64,000 nt of DNA, taken from the NCBI GenBank assembly GCA_015493995.1, contig WGCD01000146.1, positions 3,772-67,771 on the forward strand, written 5' to 3'. Source of the DNA: Desulfurellaceae bacterium (GTDB lineage: Bacteria; Campylobacterota_A; Desulfurellia; Desulfurellales; Hippeaceae). A program made the position numbers and the translations under genes. Within the stretch, counting starts at the first letter, position 1. Every line of letters begins with the position of its first letter. Shown piece by piece: positions 57,629-64,000 of this stretch. Below the pieces are notes generated by a model, which ran no database searches, was not told the DNA's origin, and worked only from the letters and a program-made list of their open reading frames with translations.

Positions 57629-58684
57629 GTGGAAAAAGGTTTGTTGAATCTTTTAAATATCGGTTTTGATACTCCGATAGAACTTCTAATAGACAAAAAT
57701 AACATACCGCATAAGTTCAGAGATTGCAGTTTTGGAAACTATATACCCGATGAAAACTATCCGTCTCAGCAAGAGGCAAAAGAAAAGTTAATCGAATTTG
57801 TCTCATCTTTAAACGAGTACAATAAAAGCGGATTTTACTCCAAGTTTACAAAAAAGCTGCTAAAAAGGCGCAAAAAGCCCAAAAGTATCTATATAGACGG
57901 GGGATTTGGTGTGGGGAAAACCCATCTTTTGTCTGCCATAGGCAATGCCTATCACGGGAAGGTTATTTTTCTGTCTTTTTCTCAACTAATGTATCTTATA
58001 GCCTATTTTAACCTGCTGCCTCTGATAGAGAAGATTTCAAAGTTCGACTTGGTTTTGTTGGATGAGTTTGAGTTGGATGACCCGGGTGATGCTATGATGG
58101 GTATAAATTTTATAAGAGAGATAAATAAAACGGATACCGTAATAGTTGCAACATCCAACACGACACCTGTTGCCCTTGGCGGTAGAGAATTTGATATGAT
58201 GGTGTTCAAAGAAAGAATAGGCTCTTTGATAAATTTTTTTGAAACTCTTGCAATAGACGGTAAAGATTACAGGGTTACAAAGGCACCAAAAACGCAGTAC
58301 GAATCATCAAAGAAAACGCTCAAGGAGCTGTTTTTGGGCTACAAAACAAACGGCAGGGGAAAGCTCTATGCTGAATTCGGAGATTTTATAAAAACAATTA
58401 AGGACATACATCCGGTCAGATACATAAACTTTAATGAAAAAATTGATGCCGTATTTATAGAAAATTTGAGAAAATTTACGGACGATGAACTTTTGGATGC
58501 TTTGAGATTCACATATTTGATAGATATTTTATACTACGGTTCGGTCGATATATTTATAAGCACCGATATACAACTGTGGGATATGTTTTCGGACGATTTG
58601 AAAGACGGTAAGTTTAAAAACAAGATTATGCGCTGCTTATCAAGGATTGCAGAGAAAGGGGTTTTTGTAAATACAGCCTCTTAG
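57629..58684 (+). CDS. zapE: AFG1/ZapE-family ATPase
   Basis: Walker A GGFGVGKTHL, Walker B LVLLDEFELDDPGDAM, sensor VIVATSNTTP. GTG start 4 nt after GGGAGG is preferred over the TTG in the track. Confidence 0.72.
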   Translation: MEKGLLNLLNIGFDTPIELLIDKNNIPHKFRDCSFGNYIPDENYPSQQEAKEKLIEFVSSLNEYNKSGFYSKFTKKLLKRRKKPKSIYIDGGFGVGKTHLLSAIGNAYHGKVIFLSFSQLMYLIAYFNLLPLIEKISKFDLVLLDEFELDDPGDAMMGINFIREINKTDTVIVATSNTTPVALGGREFDMMVFKERIGSLINFFETLAIDGKDYRVTKAPKTQYESSKKTLKELFLGYKTNGRGKLYAEFGDFIKTIKDIHPVRYINFNEKIDAVFIENLRKFTDDELLDALRFTYLIDILYYGSVDIFISTDIQLWDMFSDDLKDGKFKNKIMRCLSRIAEKGVFVNTAS

Positions 58685-58687
58685 GTG

Positions 58688-58716
58688 TTGACATAAAGCG
58701 GTTTTAGTAATATAAA
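58688..58716 (+). promoter_or_regulatory. Putative sigma70-type promoter of ilvD (-35 TTGACA / 17 nt / -10 TATAAA)
   Basis: Hexamers at 58688..58693 and 58711..58716. Confidence 0.5.
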
Positions 58717-58749
58717 CGACCTAATTTATTATTGAAAAAGGGGGAGAAG

Positions 58750-60417
58750 ATGGCAAGAAGAAGTGATGTTATGTTGAAGGGACCAGAAAGAGCCCCTCAC
58801 AGGTCTTTATTTAAAGCGGACGGCTACACGGATATAGAATTAAACAAACCTATTATAGCGATAGCAAATTCATATAACACCATTGTTCCGGGGCATGTTC
58901 ATCTGCAGTCGATAGTGGCTGCGGTTAAAGCCGGGATTTATATGGCCGGCGGAACACCCGTTGAATTTAACGTTATAGGCGTTGACGACGGTATAGCTAT
59001 GGGGCATTTGGGGATGCACTATTCGCTTCCTTCAAGGGAGCTTATAGCAGATTCGGTTGAGACCATGGTAAATGCTCATCCGGTTGACGGGCTTGTCATA
59101 CTGCCGGCTTGCGACAAGATAGTCCCCGGGATGATGATGGCTGCGGCACGTGTCAACATACCTACCGTTATGATTTCAGGCGGTCCGATGCTTGCAGGAA
59201 GATTTTCAGGAACAGACATAGACGTGGCTCAGGTTTTTGAGGCTGTGGGGCGCTATCTAAACGGCGATATTGACGATGAGGAGTTGAGAGCCATAGAGAG
59301 TGCGGGATGTCCTTCTTGCGGTTCTTGTTCGGGAATGTATTCTGCTAACTCAATAAACTGCATAAGTGAGGTATTGGGTTTGTCGCTTCCGGGAAACGGA
59401 ACGATTCCTGCGCCTATGTCGGAGCGTGTGAGACTTGCCAAGTTGGCAGGCTTAAAAATAATGGAACTCGTTGACAAAGACATAAAACCGAGGGATATAT
59501 TAACTATAGATTCTTTTAAAAATGCAATATGCGCCGATATGGCTATGGGCTGCTCTACAAACACGGTTCTGCATCTTTTGGCAATAGCTCAGGAGGCAAA
59601 GGTTGACTTAAGACTCGATATGTTCAACGAGATAAGCAATAAAGTGCCGGATTTGTGTGCATTTTCACCTGTAGGACCGTATCACCTCCAGGATTTGGAC
59701 GAAGCCGGAGGAATGATGGCTTTGTTAAACAGGATTGACCCGCTTGGCGTATTGAATAGAGATTGCTTGACCGTAACAGGTAAAACGATATATGAAAATT
59801 ATCAAAACTCACGTGTATATAGGGACGAGGTCATACGTCCGCTTGAAAAACCGTACTATCCAAAAGGCGGTTTGAGTGTTTTAAGCGGTAACCTTGCACC
59901 TTACGGTTCGATATTGAAGCAGTCGGGTGTTGACAGTGTAATGAACCACTTTATCGGTAAAGCGAGGGTGTTTGATTCGGAAGAAGAGGCTTTGAAGGAT
60001 ATATTCGGCAAGAAGATTAAAAAGGGAGATGTCGTAGTAATCAGATATGAAGGTCCTGCCGGCGGACCCGGTATGAAGGAGATGCTTCAACCGACAAGCG
60101 CCATAGTAGGAATGGGATTGGATAAGGATGTGGCTCTTATTACCGACGGTAGGTTCTCAGGCGCAACAAAAGGCTTATGTATAGGTCATATCTCACCGGA
60201 AGCCGCAAGAGGCGGATTGATAGGATTGATTAAAGAGGGTGACGAAATCGAAATAGATGTTGAGAAGAAAACCATAGAGCTGCTTGTTGACGAAAAAGAG
60301 ATTGAAAAAAGAAAGAAAGAGTTTAAACCCAAAGAGCCGAAAATCAACTACGGCTATCTGGCAAGATATGCTAAAATGGTAGGACAGGCTCATAAAGGGG
60401 CTATTTTAGAGTATTGA
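58750..60417 (+). CDS. ilvD: Dihydroxy-acid dehydratase
   Basis: [53 protein letters not shown] motifs. Start set to MARRSD. Confidence 0.96.
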   Translation: MARRSDVMLKGPERAPHRSLFKADGYTDIELNKPIIAIANSYNTIVPGHVHLQSIVAAVKAGIYMAGGTPVEFNVIGVDDGIAMGHLGMHYSLPSRELIADSVETMVNAHPVDGLVILPACDKIVPGMMMAAARVNIPTVMISGGPMLAGRFSGTDIDVAQVFEAVGRYLNGDIDDEELRAIESAGCPSCGSCSGMYSANSINCISEVLGLSLPGNGTIPAPMSERVRLAKLAGLKIMELVDKDIKPRDILTIDSFKNAICADMAMGCSTNTVLHLLAIAQEAKVDLRLDMFNEISNKVPDLCAFSPVGPYHLQDLDEAGGMMALLNRIDPLGVLNRDCLTVTGKTIYENYQNSRVYRDEVIRPLEKPYYPKGGLSVLSGNLAPYGSILKQSGVDSVMNHFIGKARVFDSEEEALKDIFGKKIKKGDVVVIRYEGPAGGPGMKEMLQPTSAIVGMGLDKDVALITDGRFSGATKGLCIGHISPEAARGGLIGLIKEGDEIEIDVEKKTIELLVDEKEIEKRKKEFKPKEPKINYGYLARYAKMVGQAHKGAILEY

Positions 60418-60435
60418 GAAACGGAGGAAGTAAAG

Positions 60436-62880
60436 TTGTGCAAATATAACCCTGCCGAAATAGAGAAAAAGTGGCAAGAAATTTGGAACGAAAAGAAGGT
60501 ATTCAAAGCAAGGGATTTTGATAAAAAACCTAAATTTTATCAACTTGAAATGTTTCCATATCCATCTGGAAGAATTCATATGGGGCATGTCAGAAATTAC
60601 ACTATAGGCGATGCCATAGCGAGATACAAAATGATGAACGGATTTAACGTGCTTCATCCTATAGGCTTTGATGCTTTCGGTATGCCAGCCGAAAATGCCG
60701 CAATAGCCCATAAAACCCATCCGGCAAAATGGACATACTCAAACATAGACTATATGATTAAAGAGCTGAAAAGGCTCGGATTTTCTTACGATTGGGATAG
60801 ACTTTTGTCAACCTGCGACCCGGAATACTACAGGTGGGAGCAGAAGGTCTTCATAGAGATGTTTAAAAGGGGTATGGTCTATAAGAAAAAGAGCAGCGTA
60901 AACTACTGCAATACCTGCCAAACGGTTTTGGCAAACGAGCAGGTGGAAGAGGGAAAGTGTTGGCGCTGCGGCAGTGAGGTTGTTAAAAAAGAGCTTGATG
61001 AGTGGTTTTTTAAGATTACCGACTATGCCGACGAGCTGCTTGACGATATGGAAAAAATCAAAGAGGGCTGGCCCGAGAGGGTTTTAACTCAGCAGATAAA
61101 CTGGATAGGAAAATCGAAAGGAGCTTTCGTAAAGTTTAAAATTAAAGATAGAGACGAATATTTTGAGGTATTTACAACAAGACCGGATACGCTTTTTGGT
61201 GTTACCTTCGCATCCATTGCGCCAAATCACCCGAAATTGCTCGATTTTGTCCCGGAAAGCCACAAAAAGCAGGTGGAAAAGTTTGTTGATGACTATAAAA
61301 AGGTCGAGAGAGACTTTTCAAAAGAAAAAGAGGGAATATTTACGGGGATTTATCTTATCAATCCCGTGAACAACGAAGAAATTCCTTTATATGCGGCAAA
61401 TTTCGTTTTGCTTGAATACGGAACAGGTGTTGTAATGGCTGTTCCTGCGCACGACCAAAGGGACTTTGAGTTTGCCCAAAAATACGGACTGCCCAAAAAG
61501 CTCGTTATATACAAAAAGGGTGCTGCCGAAAGCAGTGATGAGTTGAAAGAGGCTTACACCGATATTGGGGTTTTGGTAAACTCGGCTCAATTTGACACAA
61601 TGGAAAACGAAAAAGCCAAATGGGAAATAGTTGAATGGCTTGCAAAAAAAGGTTTGGCAAAGCAGACCTATCAATATAAATTAAGGGATTGGAACGTATC
61701 TCGCCAGAGATACTGGGGTGCACCGATTCCCGTTGTTTACTGCAAAAAATGTGGTATTGTGCCTGAAAAAATTGAAAATCTTCCCGTAAAATTGCCGGAA
61801 AATGTTGAGATAACGGGAGAAGGCGGCTCTCCGCTGGCAAGGGTTAAAGAATTTGTGGAAACCAGATGCCCCGTTTGTGGTGAAAAAGCAGAAAGAGAAA
61901 CAGACACATTCGATACTTTTGTTGAATCGTCCTGGTATTTTTTGAGATACTGCTCGCCTAAGTACGATAAGGATATTTTTGATAAAAAGATTGCCGACTA
62001 CTGGATGGATGTTGACCAGTACGTTGGCGGAATAGAGCATGCGGTTATGCACCTTCTTTATGCAAGGTATTTCACAAAAGTTTTGAGAGATTTGGGTTAT
62101 GTGAACTCAGACGAACCTTTTAAGAGGCTTTTAACTCAAGGGATGGTGATTAAAGACGGCGCAAAGATGAGTAAATCCAAAGGAAACGTGGTTGACCCTG
62201 ACGATATAATAAACAACTACGGAGCCGATACGGCGAGACTCTTCATACTGTTTGCTGCACCGCCTCAGAAAGATTTGGAATGGTCTGATGAGGGAGTTGA
62301 GGGTTCATACAGATTTTTAAACAGACTTTGGAGACTTGTTGTCTCTTATAAGGATTTGACTGCAAAACCTGTTGAGGCTGACACATCAAGATTGAAGGAA
62401 CTTTCGTTTATGATTAACAGCACGATAAAAAGGGTTAGCAAAGACTTTGAGGATTACCACTTCAACACTGCTATCGCAGCCTGTATGGAGCTTGTGAACT
62501 TTATGCAGAACTTTAATCCCGATAATGAAAAGGAAAAGGCGTTATTTGCATACTCACTTGAAAAGTTAATCATATTGATAAGTCCCATAGCTCCCCATAT
62601 AGCAAATGAGTTGTGGGAGATGACGGGTCATAAGGATATTGTTGAAGAGCAGGAATGGCCGGAGTATGATGAAAAAGCGTTACAAAAAGATGTTGTTACC
62701 GTTGCAGTAACGGTAAACGGTAAACTCAGGGATACTATGGAAGTGGGAGTGGACGCAACAAAAGAGAGCGTTTTTGAACAGGCTAAGCAAAGCCATAAGG
62801 TAAAAAGACACATAGATGGTAAAAATATTAAAAAGGTCATATTCGTTAAGAACAAGCTGATAAATATAGTGGCGGTGTAG
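60436..62880 (+). CDS. leuS: Leucyl-tRNA synthetase
   Basis: HMGHVRNY (HIGH), CP1 editing domain, zinc knuckles (CxxC pairs), KMSKSKGN (KMSKS). TTG start 8 nt after GGAGG. Confidence 0.97.
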   Translation: MCKYNPAEIEKKWQEIWNEKKVFKARDFDKKPKFYQLEMFPYPSGRIHMGHVRNYTIGDAIARYKMMNGFNVLHPIGFDAFGMPAENAAIAHKTHPAKWTYSNIDYMIKELKRLGFSYDWDRLLSTCDPEYYRWEQKVFIEMFKRGMVYKKKSSVNYCNTCQTVLANEQVEEGKCWRCGSEVVKKELDEWFFKITDYADELLDDMEKIKEGWPERVLTQQINWIGKSKGAFVKFKIKDRDEYFEVFTTRPDTLFGVTFASIAPNHPKLLDFVPESHKKQVEKFVDDYKKVERDFSKEKEGIFTGIYLINPVNNEEIPLYAANFVLLEYGTGVVMAVPAHDQRDFEFAQKYGLPKKLVIYKKGAAESSDELKEAYTDIGVLVNSAQFDTMENEKAKWEIVEWLAKKGLAKQTYQYKLRDWNVSRQRYWGAPIPVVYCKKCGIVPEKIENLPVKLPENVEITGEGGSPLARVKEFVETRCPVCGEKAERETDTFDTFVESSWYFLRYCSPKYDKDIFDKKIADYWMDVDQYVGGIEHAVMHLLYARYFTKVLRDLGYVNSDEPFKRLLTQGMVIKDGAKMSKSKGNVVDPDDIINNYGADTARLFILFAAPPQKDLEWSDEGVEGSYRFLNRLWRLVVSYKDLTAKPVEADTSRLKELSFMINSTIKRVSKDFEDYHFNTAIAACMELVNFMQNFNPDNEKEKALFAYSLEKLIILISPIAPHIANELWEMTGHKDIVEEQEWPEYDEKALQKDVVTVAVTVNGKLRDTMEVGVDATKESVFEQAKQSHKVKRHIDGKNIKKVIFVKNKLINIVAV

Positions 62881-62881
62881 T

Positions 62882-63388
62882 ATGTTAAAAAAAGGCATTT
62901 TGTTTGTGTTTTTTGCCTTTGTTCTGTCTTCTTGTTCGTATAACTTTGTCGGAAGCTACTCAGGACTTGCCGGAGGTGTGTCGAAAATTTACATATCCGC
63001 GGTTGAAAACCTGACAAGTGAGCCGAATTTGCAGACATATATGAAGGGTTACTTGATAAATGAGTTGAATTTGGATTCAAGGGTAAGCGTTGTAAAAAAA
63101 CAGAGCGCAGATGGAATTTTGAGTGTTAAGATTACCTCATACGATATTTCACCTTCATCTTTTTCGGCAAGCGGTTTAACATCTATGTACAGATGCACAA
63201 TCGTTGCCTCTGTTTCTTTAAAAGGCGAAAAGGGTTATTTAATTAAAGATAAATCTCTTTCCGCATATCGAGATTACAATGCAAAAGACGCCGTCTCGGC
63301 AACAGAAGAGGCAAGATTAACGATTGCAAAACAGGTTTTAAAAGATTTGGCTTTAAAAATTGATAACGAACTTTTTGTAAACTTTTAG
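62882..63388 (+). CDS. lptE: LPS-assembly lipoprotein LptE (RlpB-like)
   Basis: Lipoprotein signal with lipobox LSSC. ~170 aa. Canonical position immediately downstream of leuS. Confidence 0.62.
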   Translation: MLKKGILFVFFAFVLSSCSYNFVGSYSGLAGGVSKIYISAVENLTSEPNLQTYMKGYLINELNLDSRVSVVKKQSADGILSVKITSYDISPSSFSASGLTSMYRCTIVASVSLKGEKGYLIKDKSLSAYRDYNAKDAVSATEEARLTIAKQVLKDLALKIDNELFVNF

Positions 63389-63451
63389 TTATATGGGACT
63401 CAAGCCGAAAAAAATAGCTGCTCAAACACCCGCACGGCTTGCAAGATAGAT

Positions 63452-64000
63452 ATGTTTATCTCAAAAAGAATTTTGATTATAATATTTGCTCTATATCTTT
63501 TCGGACTTTTTTTTCATTTGGGACGTATGTATTTTCAACACGAGGAACCAAGAAGAGCCACAATAGCTTTGGAGATGAACTACAGCGGCAACTATACACA
63601 GCCCACGGTTTTAGGGAAGGCATACTTTAAAAAACCGCCCCTGCACAATATTATTATCGCCCTGTTTTTTAAGATATTCAAAGAAAATGAGTTTGCCGCA
63701 AGATTGGTTAGTGTTCTTTCTCTTTTGGGCTTCGCAGGTGTTATCTTTCTTGTTCTAAAAGATATTGTTGGCATTGAAGCTGCTGTTTTTGCCTCTTTTT
63801 CTTTTCTTGCCTCTTTTATCACCTACTTTTCCTACGGAATCTTGGCTGAAACGGATATGTTTTTCTCTTTTTTGGTTTTTTGTTCCATAATCAGCCTGAT
63901 TGCATTTAAAAAATACGGCATTTTGACAGGTTCGCTTTTTGCAGCCTTGGCTTTGTTGACAAAGGGGTTTCCGGCTTTGCACTATTTCTATTTTACTCTT
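63452..64000 (+). CDS. Glycosyltransferase family 39 (ArnT/PMT-like, dolichyl/undecaprenyl-phosphate-sugar dependent), N-terminal part; runs off the window
   Basis: Not in the ORF track because it has no stop. Frame 2 is open from ATG 63452 to 64000: MFISKRILIIIFALYLFGLFFHLGRMYFQHEEPRRATIALEM...KKPPLHNIII...RLVSVL...LAETDM...TKGFPAL. It has multiple TM helices and the E-x-R loop typical of GT-C ArnT-like enzymes. Confidence 0.7.
   Translation, partial: MFISKRILIIIFALYLFGLFFHLGRMYFQHEEPRRATIALEMNYSGNYTQPTVLGKAYFKKPPLHNIIIALFFKIFKENEFAARLVSVLSLLGFAGVIFLVLKDIVGIEAAVFASFSFLASFITYFSYGILAETDMFFSFLVFCSIISLIAFKKYGILTGSLFAALALLTKGFPALHYFYFTL

Noticed and set aside
63439-63630. Listed 63-aa plus-strand ORF at the right end, together with antisense ORFs 63592..63822 and 63755..63982.
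   Set aside because: They are superseded by the 183-codon open frame from 63452, which encodes a coherent multi-TM ArnT-like protein.

Overview
This is a densely coded 64-kb chromosomal segment with about 60 protein genes and 3 tRNAs, from an AT-rich diderm bacterium. LapA/LapB, LptE and an ArnT-like glycosyltransferase support the diderm call. The protein style (Lys/Ile/Glu-rich) and gene content suggest an anaerobic, possibly thermophilic lineage: pyruvoyl arginine decarboxylase, two-subunit class I fumarase, KamA- and PflX-type radical SAM proteins, and a TRAP transporter. Deferribacteres-like is only my guess.

Most of the window is core metabolism and information processing:
- Metal efflux (RND, CDF).
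- purA-hisZ, and rpsO-pnp with an M16 peptidase.
- maeB plus a dctPQM TRAP system.
- Citrate synthase, livKHMGF and acs.
- gap-pgk-tpiA-secG.
- ACT/PaaK, lapAB, ruvA and xseA.
- A contiguous mdh, fumarase and sdhCDAB block.
- A polyamine block (speD, pdaD, speB).
- lysS-prfB, where prfB carries the classical +1 frameshift that the ORF track truncates.
- ubiE, nfo, zapE-like, ilvD, leuS and lptE.

No CRISPR array, integrase, transposase, rRNA or prophage is visible.

The accessory-looking pieces worth a second look are:
1. A tightly coupled pair of MutS-like ABC ATPases (2128-5160). They lack mismatch-binding and nuclease domains, carry degenerate and asymmetric ATPase motifs, follow a secreted Sel1-repeat gene, and sit between tRNA genes.
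2. A self-contained two-gene cassette (23244-23837) encoding a nucleophile-less, resolvase-domain-only protein.
3. A PemK/MazF-type toxin with a non-canonical upstream partner, wedged into the ubiE-prfB-lysS operon.
4. A 300-bp non-coding stretch with a repeated ACCTCAAACA motif upstream of speD.

All functional assignments rest on motif and family recognition by eye. No database search was run.
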